Below are positions 10,011 through 19,564 of a stretch of 64,000 nucleotides of DNA, in pieces. The stretch comes from Candidatus Thorarchaeota archaeon (GTDB lineage Archaea; Asgardarchaeota; Thorarchaeia; Thorarchaeales; Thorarchaeaceae): positions 1 through 64,000 of the forward strand of contig PRDI01000099.1 in the NCBI GenBank assembly GCA_003345595.1. The letters run 5' to 3'. The position numbers were made by a program, and so were the translations under genes. Position 1 is the stretch's first letter. Every line of letters starts with the position of its first letter. Below the pieces are notes generated by a model, which worked only from the letters and a program-made list of their open reading frames with translations, made no database searches and was not told the origin of the DNA.

Positions 10011-10069
10011 GTAAAGATTTATATATAAAGTTCGTGGTCTATGATACCAAGATTCGGTAAACATTTACC
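10011..10069. promoter_or_regulatory. Bidirectional TATA box with two putative operators
   Basis: Palindrome TTTATATATAAA at 10018-10029; GTAAAGATTTAT at 10011-10022 and GGTAAACATTTACC at 10056-10069. Confidence 0.65.
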
Positions 10070-10071
10070 CG

Positions 10072-10854
10072 GTGATCTATGAAATGAAGAACAACGGAAT
10101 CTGTATTCGAACTGAGAAACTGAACAAGACTTTCGGGACGGTCCAAGCAGTGAGAGATCTGGACTTGGAGGTGTCGTCAGGAAGCCGCTTCGGCTTTCTA
10201 GGTCCCAACGGTGCAGGAAAGACAACAACTGTCCGCATGCTATCAGGACTGATGAAACCGACAAGTGGTGCTGCCACTGTCATTGGCTTTGACATCGAAA
10301 GGCAGAGGGATGACATCAAGTCCGTGACAGGCTTGCTCCCCGAGAGCCCGGGCCTATACTCCAAGCTCTCTGCAGTTGAGTTCTTGGAATTCATAGGGGC
10401 TCTGAAGGGCATGACTGGCGCAGTTTTGAACCGACGAATTGAGAAGCTGCTTTCGATGCTTGGGCTTGAGGGCAGACGAGATGACCTGCTTGAGTCCTAC
10501 TCATCAGGAATGAAGCAGAAAGTACTGATCGCTTCGACACTGCTGCACGAACCAAAGCTTGTCTTCCTTGACGAGCCGACTTCCCGTCTGGACCCGAGCG
10601 CTGCCGTTCTAGTCAAGGACATCATCCTGGTACTCGCAGAAGAAACCAGTACGACCTTCTTCATCTGCACACACCAGACCTCATTTGCGGAGGAGGTGTG
10701 TGACATGGTTGGAATACTCAATCAAGGCCAGCTTGTGACCACTGGTCCTCCTCATGCAATTGTCGAGTCCTCAGGAGCACACGACCTTGAGGATGCATAC
10801 CTGAAGATCGTTGGCGGCAAAGTCGATCGCGAGTCACTTCTCTCTTGGAGGTGA
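10072..10854 (+). CDS. ABC-2 type exporter ATP-binding protein
   Basis: Walker A GPNGAGKTT, signature YSSGMKQK, Walker B VFLDEP, H-loop. Confidence 0.95.
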   Translation: MIYEMKNNGICIRTEKLNKTFGTVQAVRDLDLEVSSGSRFGFLGPNGAGKTTTVRMLSGLMKPTSGAATVIGFDIERQRDDIKSVTGLLPESPGLYSKLSAVEFLEFIGALKGMTGAVLNRRIEKLLSMLGLEGRRDDLLESYSSGMKQKVLIASTLLHEPKLVFLDEPTSRLDPSAAVLVKDIILVLAEETSTTFFICTHQTSFAEEVCDMVGILNQGQLVTTGPPHAIVESSGAHDLEDAYLKIVGGKVDRESLLSWR

Positions 10855-10858
10855 AACT

Positions 10859-12523
10859 GTGGTCCATACATGGTACCACATAGCGAAGGCCGAGTACTTC
10901 GTTTTGACCAGCGGAATGAGGAAACACAGGGGCTCCCTAGCTGTGGCTCTGTTCCTTCTTGCGACCCTATGGGCAGTTGAGATCGCACCGGCAGTCATCA
11001 GTGCTGCCCTTGGTGCTCTCATCCCAATGTCGCAGCTCCGATTTCTACTGCTGATCATCTTCCCGGGAGTGATGCGTGCTGCCATGATGTTCCTGTGGAC
11101 CGCGCTCCTGCTCTTCCCGCTGTCGACAGCCCTCCAAGAAATCAAGGTTGGCCAATGGGAGCTATTCCTCTCACATAAGGTAAAGACGAGGGACATAATG
11201 ACTGGGACTTTCCTGGGCAAGATGCCACTGTACGGGCTACTGGTCCTTATCTTGTCCCCACTATTGATCTCGCCCTTCATGATGGCATTCGATGTGAGTT
11301 TCGCCGGCCAAGTACTAGTCTATGCGGTGATAGCACTCTTGACAATCACGACGATCTGGTTGTCGAACTTCATTACGGCTGTCGTGCAAGCCCGGCTTGG
11401 CGATTCCTCCCGAGGCAATGACATTGCCAAGGCTCTCTCCCTTATAGTGGCCATGGTTGTCATCATACCAATGTACGGGATGATGTTCTTCATGCAGACT
11501 CTATCTCAGATTCTTGGCATGAATCTGTTCCTGTTGATGCCCTTTGCTTGGACAGCAGATTTGGTCAGCTGGCTCACGATTGGCTTCAATGGCATTGGAC
11601 TGACTGAGTTGCAGATAGCGGCTTTCACGGGTGTGCTTCAGCTCAACATGTTAACGAACGCATTGTTGATGGGTGCCTTCGGGGTTCTGATTCTCATTGT
11701 CGGACTGACATTGGCGGACCGTGTGTTCACTATAAACGTTGGAGCTCGTACCGAGAAGGTCACGACAGTGGGTCGCGAGAACCTGCTGCTGCGTGGCATT
11801 CGTGCTATGGTCCGTGGACCTACGGGTGCTCTCATCGTTGTCAGTCTCAAGGACTTCGGCAGGAAAGCTCAGAATCTCTCCAAGGTGTTCTATGGATCAG
11901 TTCTAGCTCTAGTGATGCCGATAATGATGCGACAGGTGATGGAAGTGGAAGGCTCAACTCTCGAATTCGTCGGAATCCTGGCAGAGTTTGGCATGATGAT
12001 CGCGATTCTTGGTGTCATTCCCTTCGCCGGGAGCGGCTTCTTAGAGAGCAAGGACCAGCTATGGATGATTCAGAGTGCGGCAAAGGGCGCGTCGCATTTC
12101 ATGATGGCGCGACTGGCGTCAGCTCTGCTGATTGCACTCCCTACAGTCATTGTTCCTCTGGCTGCGGTGGTATACATCTTCGGACTGACTGTAACGGAGT
12201 CGATTCAGCTACTCATCTTTGCATGGGCAATTGTATCCGGGGCGGTGATGGTGAGCATTGGTGTCACAGCACGAAACCCGAACTATGAAGATACCAAATC
12301 ATCTGCTCACCAAGCAGTCATGATAGTCGCAACGATGTTGGTGATGCTCAGTATCCTGGCACCTATGTTCCTAGACATAATCTGCTTAGTGGCAGGCATC
12401 GACCTGTTCCAGCACGTCGGGCTAGAAGCACTCATGATGGTCGGCAGTCCTACAATCGTGTTCTTCGTCGGTCTTCTGATGATGCGTCTTGGGATCGGGA
12501 GTCTGTCGAAGCCTCAAACGTGA
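10859..12523 (+). CDS. ABC exporter permease (about 12 or more TM helices)
   Basis: Highly hydrophobic, two-halved; GTG 10859 after GGAGGTGA; directly follows the ATPase. Confidence 0.85.
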   Translation: MVHTWYHIAKAEYFVLTSGMRKHRGSLAVALFLLATLWAVEIAPAVISAALGALIPMSQLRFLLLIIFPGVMRAAMMFLWTALLLFPLSTALQEIKVGQWELFLSHKVKTRDIMTGTFLGKMPLYGLLVLILSPLLISPFMMAFDVSFAGQVLVYAVIALLTITTIWLSNFITAVVQARLGDSSRGNDIAKALSLIVAMVVIIPMYGMMFFMQTLSQILGMNLFLLMPFAWTADLVSWLTIGFNGIGLTELQIAAFTGVLQLNMLTNALLMGAFGVLILIVGLTLADRVFTINVGARTEKVTTVGRENLLLRGIRAMVRGPTGALIVVSLKDFGRKAQNLSKVFYGSVLALVMPIMMRQVMEVEGSTLEFVGILAEFGMMIAILGVIPFAGSGFLESKDQLWMIQSAAKGASHFMMARLASALLIALPTVIVPLAAVVYIFGLTVTESIQLLIFAWAIVSGAVMVSIGVTARNPNYEDTKSSAHQAVMIVATMLVMLSILAPMFLDIICLVAGIDLFQHVGLEALMMVGSPTIVFFVGLLMMRLGIGSLSKPQT

Positions 12524-12593
12524 AGGATGGCGAATTCGCCACCAAACGTCTAAGAGCGGCCAGGGGTACTCTACTGGTTGGGATATGCCAACA

Positions 12594-13355
12594 TCACTGC
12601 CGGGCGCGCACGACTAGGTCCCTGGCCGTCAGTCTCTCGAAGGGGGACTCTTGGTAATCGGAGAAGAAGTCTACAGAACGGAATCTGGCCGCGAGGACCG
12701 TACTCTTGATTGCCTCAGGATTGAGGTTCAGGACTCTCTGCGTAGAGGTTGCCGCTGACCACTGAGACCCGATCTTTGTGAAGGCAGAAATCACAAGCGA
12801 GGACGCCGTCCCGTCGGCCGAGTGTTCGAAGAATCTTGTGAAGACGGTTTCTTCTCCATTGGGCATTGTTCCTGCCTTAGTCGGGAAGAATCTAAAACCC
12901 GACTTACGAATCTCCTCGAAGTTGAGCACTTGAAAAACGAAGCTTCCTGCTGGAGCAAGCTTGAGGTAGACCGACGCGATTACTTGTCGAACATCCTCAA
13001 AGGTTGGTAGTAATGCAAGTGAGTTGCCCAAGCAGATGACCAAGTCGAGCTTGTGCTTCACCGCCTTCTCAACATCCCTCATGTCTGCCACCAGAAACTC
13101 TGCATTGACCCCTTCCTTCTCTGCAAGAGCTCGAGCTGCACTGATCATGCCTATGCTGCTGTCAAGGCCTATGACGTCTGCTCCTTTTTGTGCCAGAGCT
13201 ACTGCGTGTCTTCCGCTACCACACGCCATATCTAGTACCCTGGGGCGTTTCGACATAGGCAGGCATTTCAACAGGAAAGGCATTTCCTTACCCAGTCGGG
13301 CTGCCCAGTCGATTGAGCTGTCGTATGCGATGGAAACCTCGTCGAATGAGCTCAT
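12594..13355 (-). CDS. Class I SAM methyltransferase
   Basis: VLDMACGSGRH, GLDSS, DLVICLGNSL. Confidence 0.9.
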   Translation of the reverse strand: MSSFDEVSIAYDSSIDWAARLGKEMPFLLKCLPMSKRPRVLDMACGSGRHAVALAQKGADVIGLDSSIGMISAARALAEKEGVNAEFLVADMRDVEKAVKHKLDLVICLGNSLALLPTFEDVRQVIASVYLKLAPAGSFVFQVLNFEEIRKSGFRFFPTKAGTMPNGEETVFTRFFEHSADGTASSLVISAFTKIGSQWSAATSTQRVLNLNPEAIKSTVLAARFRSVDFFSDYQESPFERLTARDLVVRARQ

Positions 13356-14182
13356 GCTTTGTCGCTGTCTCCACTATCTCCCGTCAGGTGAATCTCTTCA
13401 GGCGCAAAGAGAACCCTTCCTTCCATTCCGCCCGCGATGGTAACAGCTTGACCGCTGATATGCCCTGATAGAACGTCAGAAGACAGGAACAGGATGGCAT
13501 TGGCGATATCTGCAGGCACTGCTGTCTTTCGCATTGGAATAGTCTGGAGTATCCTCTTGACCTTCTTGCTGTCCTTCAGGGTATCCTCAGACATAGGTGT
13601 CAACGTCCATCCCGGGTTGACAAGGTTCACCCGTCCTTTCGGCGCGAGATGCACTATCTCGTTCTTTAGACTCATCAACAGCCCATACATTGCAGCCTTG
13701 GAAGTTGAGTAGTCACAGAACCATGCTTCTCCAAACAGTCCTGCCGTCGAGCCTACAAGAATCAAGGACGCACACTCACTTCTGAAGCGCCCGAGGTTCT
13801 GGAAGAAGTACTTGGCAGACAGAAAAGTACCTGTGAGATTGACGGCAAGAGTGTTTTCCCATTGCTTGAGATCCATCTGATTAATGGGAGCCCTTTCCGG
13901 GTTTGCTATGCCTGCATTCGCGACGAGGACGTCGACCCTGCCGAAAGCCGTATTGGCTTGCTCAAAGAGTGACTTGACCTCGGTTTCATTCCGGATGTCA
14001 GCTCCAACCATTATCGCCTGTTTGGGCCAGTCATGTATGATGCGTTTCAGCTCAGTGGTTGAGCGATGATATGCAGCGGTCACCCGTGAGCCTTCGCTCA
14101 GAAACAGTCTGGCGAGCTCAATGCCAATTCCTCCGCTTGCTCCTGTAATCAGCACATGCTTGTTCTTCAGACCCGTTTCCAT
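13352..14182 (-). CDS. Short-chain dehydrogenase/reductase
   Basis: TGASGGIG, ANAG, YSTSK, NPGW. Confidence 0.93.
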   Translation of the reverse strand: METGLKNKHVLITGASGGIGIELARLFLSEGSRVTAAYHRSTTELKRIIHDWPKQAIMVGADIRNETEVKSLFEQANTAFGRVDVLVANAGIANPERAPINQMDLKQWENTLAVNLTGTFLSAKYFFQNLGRFRSECASLILVGSTAGLFGEAWFCDYSTSKAAMYGLLMSLKNEIVHLAPKGRVNLVNPGWTLTPMSEDTLKDSKKVKRILQTIPMRKTAVPADIANAILFLSSDVLSGHISGQAVTIAGGMEGRVLFAPEEIHLTGDSGDSDKA

Positions 14183-14352
14183 TGAGTTCTGCCACCACCA
14201 GTCGGTATGTTTCCATGAATTCTGAAACGCCTTTGAAGCATTCGCAGGATCTATCTCGGTTTCAGTTGAGGAGCGCGGTCAGATGCCAAGTCCAAGATTC
14301 GTAGTTGCAGCTTGACATGACCATGAGCGAGATGAAGTGACAGTCGCTGGTC

Positions 14353-14832
14353 CTAGCGTCCCTTCCACAGAATCGTATGGTAGCGATCCACCAAGACCTC
14401 TGGCCAGTTGCCTATTGACCTTAGCATTAGGTCCGCTGTCAGTGAAACGTCGGAATCAACTTGCAGGTCCTGAAGCTGAGGGCAGTGAAAGAGAGGAGAA
14501 ACGTCGATTCGCTTGAGCAGGTTGTTCTTGAGCACAATCTCCTGTAGGTCGCGACACTCGCTCAGGGGGGTTAAGTCGATTTCTTCCAGAAGATTGTGGT
14601 TGAGTTTCAGCCCCTTCAGGCGAACGCATTTGGCCAGTGGAGTGAGGTCTATCTCTGACAGACGGTTATACCGCAGGTTTAGGTACTCTAGGTCTGAGCA
14701 CCATATCAGAGGTAGCAAATCAACCGAAGCAGCATCGCGCAGGTCCAAGCTGACACTTGTTTCATCAGTCCGGAAGACTTCACATTCCTCGGTGCCTACA
14801 GTGGTTGAATACCTGATGAAGACCTCTGTCAT
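14353..14832 (-). CDS. Leucine-rich repeat protein
   Basis: Repeats LxxLxLxxNxLxxIDLxPLxxC. Confidence 0.9.
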   Translation of the reverse strand: MTEVFIRYSTTVGTEECEVFRTDETSVSLDLRDAASVDLLPLIWCSDLEYLNLRYNRLSEIDLTPLAKCVRLKGLKLNHNLLEEIDLTPLSECRDLQEIVLKNNLLKRIDVSPLFHCPQLQDLQVDSDVSLTADLMLRSIGNWPEVLVDRYHTILWKGR

Positions 14833-15017
14833 AGCGGAGCCCTCCGCCCAAGACTTTGGCTCTGACGACCAGTCTGCTGACTCATGAAGAGCAACCTACA
14901 TCTTCAAGAACCAGCACTTAAGGACTCCTCATCGGTTCCATGTCCGAGGCAAAAACGATATCATCCGCCTTGACGTACTTGGGGACCAGACGGCTTGAGA
15001 AGAAGGAGAGCGGCCGA

Positions 15018-15932
15018 ATGAGAAACAGAATGAGAAGTCCGGTCTATTGTGTTGCCTCCCCTCGTCTGTCCACGTTCTCGATAGTCGCAAGAGACGCTGA
15101 CAACGGTGATCTAGGTGTCGTAGTCCAGTCCAAGTTCCCTGCAGTCGGAGCTATAGTGCCCTCGGCAGCAGCCGGGATAGGCGCGATTGCGAGTCAGGCC
15201 TGGGCCAACTCATCGTATGGCCGTAGAGGTCTTGCACTGATGAAGAAGGGCCTAACGGCGACACAGACACTCAAGGGTCTTCTCAAGTCTGACAAGATGG
15301 CAGAGCATCGCCAAGTCGGCATTGTGGACTCCAAGGGTCGCGCTGCTGCACACACGGGCAGCGAGTGTATGGAGTGGGCAGGGCACATGGTTGGCAAGGG
15401 CTACAGTTGTCAGGGTAACATTCTAGCAGGCGAGTCTGTCGTAACAAGTATGGCTGAGGTCTTCGAACAGACCGAAGGTGATCTCATAGATAGACTGTTT
15501 GCAGGCTTGAAAGCTGGGCAAGCTGAGGGTGGCGACAGACGAGGAATGCAGTCTGCCGCGATACTGGTTGTCAGAGACAAAGGTGGATACGGCGGAGGAA
15601 ATGACAGATATGTCGATGTTAGAGTCGATGATAATCCACGTCCCATCGAGGAATTGGAGCGCATTTTCAAGATATACGAACTGTGCTTACTCAGCAGAGA
15701 ACCCTCAACCCGACTTGTCAGACTTGAGGGCGATGTTGCTCAGAAGGTCCAACAAGCTCTAGTCGCTCTGGATTACTTGACTGCCGTCGAGAAATCGGGG
15801 TTCCCACCCGAGGCCGCAGACGCTCTCCAGAAGTACATCAATGTCAGCAACTTTGAGAACAAGCTGCGCAGCGATGGAACTATCTGGCGAAGCGTCTTGG
15901 AGTATCTCTTAAATGAAGCAGGTCTGAGCTGA
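15018..15932 (+). CDS. DUF1028 (Ntn-hydrolase-like) protein with C-terminal helical domain
   Basis: TFSIVARD...GVVVQSKFPAVG, RQVGIVD, GGDRRGMQSAA, RVDD. Confidence 0.9.
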   Translation: MRNRMRSPVYCVASPRLSTFSIVARDADNGDLGVVVQSKFPAVGAIVPSAAAGIGAIASQAWANSSYGRRGLALMKKGLTATQTLKGLLKSDKMAEHRQVGIVDSKGRAAAHTGSECMEWAGHMVGKGYSCQGNILAGESVVTSMAEVFEQTEGDLIDRLFAGLKAGQAEGGDRRGMQSAAILVVRDKGGYGGGNDRYVDVRVDDNPRPIEELERIFKIYELCLLSREPSTRLVRLEGDVAQKVQQALVALDYLTAVEKSGFPPEAADALQKYINVSNFENKLRSDGTIWRSVLEYLLNEAGLS

Positions 15933-15963
15933 GCTACTCTGCATTTCATCTAGGTACAAAGAA

Positions 15964-16629
15964 CTACGAGTACAGCCGGTTTTCTCCTCTGATCAGCTCC
16001 AGTCCTCTCTGAAGGACGTACAGTTTCTTGTACTGACCTGTCTGTTTGGCCTCGGCCATCTCATCGACGAGAGTCTGCTCCACGTAGTGGCTCATGTCTT
16101 TCATCAAAGAGTCCTGTATCAGCTGGATTCTCTCAGGCCCCTTATGGCTTTCCAGCAGCTCCACAAACAGGGCATTCTTGATCTTCTCAATGACCAGAAG
16201 AGGATCCATCTCCTCATGACTTGTGAACCATCTCAGTCTGCGCTGTAGGCGCATCTCATCAAGTGGCCTCGGCCTACTCCTTCTTGCTCCGAGCTCCTGA
16301 TCTGCTACTATAACGACCACTGTATCCACATCGATATTAGCAAGATTAGGGCAAAAGAATAGGGGTGAGGCATCGATGCTGCGCAGCGGATTCACAATCA
16401 GTGACAGTCTGCGAAGTTCTTTGCATGTTATGAGTGGCCATAGGTCGACCTCTTCCAACAAGTTGTGCGACAGATCAAGAGTCTGGAGGTTGCCCAAACG
16501 TCCGACTGGCGAGAGGTCCACTGAGACGATTCGCTTGGACGACAGATCGATGACCTTAGTGTCAGGACTCAAACTTGAGCTAGTGTCAGCGCCATCTCTC
16601 GTTACATATCTGATGACGGAATCAGCCAC
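15964..16629 (-). CDS. Leucine-rich repeat protein with helical C-terminal extension
   Basis: LQTLDLSHNLLEEVDLWPLITC repeats; GTG 16629 after GGAGG. Confidence 0.82.
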   Translation of the reverse strand: MADSVIRYVTRDGADTSSSLSPDTKVIDLSSKRIVSVDLSPVGRLGNLQTLDLSHNLLEEVDLWPLITCKELRRLSLIVNPLRSIDASPLFFCPNLANIDVDTVVVIVADQELGARRSRPRPLDEMRLQRRLRWFTSHEEMDPLLVIEKIKNALFVELLESHKGPERIQLIQDSLMKDMSHYVEQTLVDEMAEAKQTGQYKKLYVLQRGLELIRGENRLYS

Positions 16630-16757
16630 GGATGAGCCTCCCGGAGTTGTGTCATGGCTGCTGATGATGGCACTCGAACTAGATTCTAACCTCCTAATAA
16701 CTAGTATCGATGATGGTCTGCAAGCCTTCAAATGGTCCTGCGTTAGAACGCTGTCAC

Positions 16758-17324
16758 TTATCTGAACGAGTAACGCTCTTCTCGCCAAGGGTCCGCTTCA
16801 TTGTGATAGCCTCTGACCTCCCAGTACCCGGGCTCGTCTGACTCGACGAACTTCAGCCCGACCAACCACTTGACGGACTTGTAGGCATAGATTGAGCTTA
16901 TGACGCTCCGAAGCGGGCCTCCGTGCTTTGGCTCCAGTTCCTTACCTCCCCACCTGTAGGCGAGGATTGTATCATCCCTCAGAAAGGCGTCGATTGGCGT
17001 GTTGCTGGTGTATCCTGAGTCAGCAATCATGACGACATGTCTCGCAGTAGGCCTAATCTTGGCCGCTTCACAGATGGTTCGCCCCAAGACGCCTTCCCAT
17101 TCATTGTCCAACCTGCTCCAACCAGTCACACAATGGAAGTCAGCAACCAGCTTGCATGAGGGCATGGCCAAGAACTGGTCCCAAGTCAACTCGAGGGGAC
17201 TATCGACTTCACCTGTGACTCGGAAGCGCCACTTCTGGCGATCAAACTTCATCGGCCGCTCAACGTTAAGAACCGGGAAGCCATCAGTCTTGTGCTGTCC
17301 AGGTGGGATTCTTTCTCTCTTCAT
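16758..17324 (-). CDS. Sulfite-oxidase-family molybdopterin oxidoreductase (cytoplasmic)
   Basis: RIPPGQ, DFHCVTGWS, HGGPLR, YKSVKW, GYWEVRGYH; no signal peptide. Confidence 0.92.
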   Translation of the reverse strand: MKRERIPPGQHKTDGFPVLNVERPMKFDRQKWRFRVTGEVDSPLELTWDQFLAMPSCKLVADFHCVTGWSRLDNEWEGVLGRTICEAAKIRPTARHVVMIADSGYTSNTPIDAFLRDDTILAYRWGGKELEPKHGGPLRSVISSIYAYKSVKWLVGLKFVESDEPGYWEVRGYHNEADPWREERYSFR

Positions 17325-17432
17325 CACAACCACATGCTGCTGATTTCCGGCTAATTTCAACCTGTTGAAGGGCTCCTTGTCAAGCAAAGTTGTATCGGAT
17401 GGGCTAAAAGGTGGAATTCCGAAGTCGATGGT

Positions 17433-17777
17433 GTGCCCATCGAGTCTGACTTCCGCAGGAAATGGATAATCTCCGACAGCCACAGAGGACATTCAGTCTG
17501 GGAAGTGAAGGGTGGCGACAAGGGCACAATCCACGGGACGAGGGTCGGAGTCCACATGAAGTCATGTATTGCCTGCATGAAGTGCTTGACTGCGTGCCCC
17601 ACGAGTGTCTTTGCGGAGTGGGAAGATGAATCCAACCGCCAAGTCGTGGACCCTGCGCGCGAGTTCGACTGCATAGAGTGTCTGATATGCGAACTCGTTT
17701 GCCCCACGCATGCGATTCACGTCGAAAGGGAACATGGCTCGGAGGCCACTCTGGACTCATTGCTGCAGGGCCGCTGA
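17433..17777 (+). CDS. Zinc-type dicluster ferredoxin (Zfx-like)
   Basis: HRGHSVW...IHGTRVGV extension, CIACMKCLTACP and CIECLICELVCP. Confidence 0.85.
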   Translation: MPIESDFRRKWIISDSHRGHSVWEVKGGDKGTIHGTRVGVHMKSCIACMKCLTACPTSVFAEWEDESNRQVVDPAREFDCIECLICELVCPTHAIHVEREHGSEATLDSLLQGR

Positions 17778-17917
17778 TGGCAGATGACATCATTGACCTG
17801 AAACTGGGACTCACCAGTATGATTGGACATTATGTATTTGTTCGTGAGGTCCGGCACTGGGAAACCCTAGAGTCTTTATTGCACGGTGTACAGTCAGATT
17901 GCTGTGGCGGCAGTGTT

Positions 17918-19180
17918 ATGTTCGAAGTACTGTTGACAGATAGTGAGAAGAGAATTCGCGATGAGGTGCGTGCCTTTGTCCGAGACAAGGTCGACAGGTC
18001 TTTGATTCTGAGCATGGACTCTCGCGAGAAAGAGTATCCATACGAGTTCGTGAAGGCCCTAGGGCAAGCAAACCTGATCGGGTTGCGTTTTCCTAAGAAG
18101 TATGGCGGTCGAGGTCTTGGATGGGTTTCCGAGATGGCGGCGATAGAGGAAGTTGGCGTCCTTGGTATTGCCCTCGGATGCGCCTACTCGTTACCAAGCA
18201 TAATCGGTGAGGGAATCAACAAGTTTGGGACTGAGGAGCAAAAGCGCAATTACCTGCTTCCTACACTGCGTGGCGAGAAGATATGTGGAGAGGGCTTGAC
18301 CGAGCCACGTGGTGGTTCTGACTTCTTTGGCACCAACACGGTCGCTGTCAAACGAGGGGAGAGGTTCGTGATCAACGGGGAAAAGCGTTTCGTGGCCGGG
18401 GGTGTTGGTGCGGACTACTTTCTGATATATGCGAAGACTGAATTCACTGGTCCGCCTCACAAGTCGTTGAGTGCCTTCTTGGTGAATCGCGATTCAGGAG
18501 TGAAAGTCGAAGAGGAGTACGAACTCATGGGATGCCGTGGAATGGGTGCAGCGAGAATAGTGCTAAACAACATTGAGGTTTCCGAAACAGATCTCGTTGG
18601 GGGCCCGAACGCAGGGAATGATGTGTTCAATGCAATGATGGTCCCCGAACGTCTGACTTCAGCAGCGGGGGCAATAGGAATGGGTCGAGCGGCGCTCGAG
18701 ATAGCGGTGAGATACTCTGACAAGAGGGAAGCGTTCGGCCAGAAGATAAGCCGCTTTGAAGGTGTGAGCTTCAAGGTGGCTGACTGTGCCACTCAGCTGG
18801 ACGCAGCCAGGGGACTTGTCTATCATGCGGCCAAGAAGGCAGACACAGGTGCCTGGTGCCGCAAGGAGGTATCTCAGGCAAAGGTGTTTGCAACCGAGGC
18901 AGGTTTTCAAGCCATCCACGAGTCGATGCAGATGCTCGGAGGGATTGGCTACACAAACGTGTACCCTATCGAGAGGCTGTTTCGTGACTCTCGGTTAGGA
19001 ATCACTTGGACGGGCAGCAATGAGGTTCAGCGCCTAATCATCCAGAATGAAGTGTACAAAGAGATTCTGTCCGAGGAACGAGGTCTCAAACGCGACGTTG
19101 AGTTAGACACTCCGGGTGCACACAAGACGGCTGAGAAGGTCTTCAGCGAACCCGCAGACAAGTACCTGAAATCATCTTAG
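17918..19180 (+). CDS. Acyl-CoA dehydrogenase
   Basis: YGGRG, FGTEEQK, LTEPRGGSD, INGEKRF, REAFGQKI, QMLGGIGY. Confidence 0.95.
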   Translation: MFEVLLTDSEKRIRDEVRAFVRDKVDRSLILSMDSREKEYPYEFVKALGQANLIGLRFPKKYGGRGLGWVSEMAAIEEVGVLGIALGCAYSLPSIIGEGINKFGTEEQKRNYLLPTLRGEKICGEGLTEPRGGSDFFGTNTVAVKRGERFVINGEKRFVAGGVGADYFLIYAKTEFTGPPHKSLSAFLVNRDSGVKVEEEYELMGCRGMGAARIVLNNIEVSETDLVGGPNAGNDVFNAMMVPERLTSAAGAIGMGRAALEIAVRYSDKREAFGQKISRFEGVSFKVADCATQLDAARGLVYHAAKKADTGAWCRKEVSQAKVFATEAGFQAIHESMQMLGGIGYTNVYPIERLFRDSRLGITWTGSNEVQRLIIQNEVYKEILSEERGLKRDVELDTPGAHKTAEKVFSEPADKYLKSS

Positions 19181-19302
19181 TTTCACGTGCTAGCCAAGAG
19201 TTTCCATCCGATTCATGTGCCCACAGCATCAACTTCATAAGGTCCTCTGGTTAAATATAGTTAAGACTGTGGAATCAGTCTAAGCCAATAGGTGTGAGAA
19301 GA

Positions 19303-19470
19303 ATGGCAAAGCTCGTATGTCAGAAATGTGGCCAAGAAGTAGCCGTACCGATTCATTGTGGAAAGGAGATGCATCAGGAGGGTCATGAGCTCGTATGCTG
19401 GATGGGGCCCGAGTGTGGGCATCAAGCGATCCCAAGACATCACGGTGTTCCGATGGTCTACAAGTCATGA
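19303..19470 (+). CDS. 55-aa Cys/His-rich metal-binding protein (not in ORF track)
   Basis: Translated by hand: MAKLVCQKCGQEVAVPIHCGKEMHQEGHELVCWMGPECGHQAIPRHHGVPMVYKS; AGGTG RBS and TTAAATATA box upstream. Confidence 0.85.
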   Translation: MAKLVCQKCGQEVAVPIHCGKEMHQEGHELVCWMGPECGHQAIPRHHGVPMVYKS

Positions 19471-19564
19471 ATGCTGACTTGTGAAACCATCCTCCCCCTA
19501 GATGTGACAGACCAAAACGCAAAGGGTTATCTCTTGGCGTGGTGGTGCTTCGGCAGGCGGTCCC

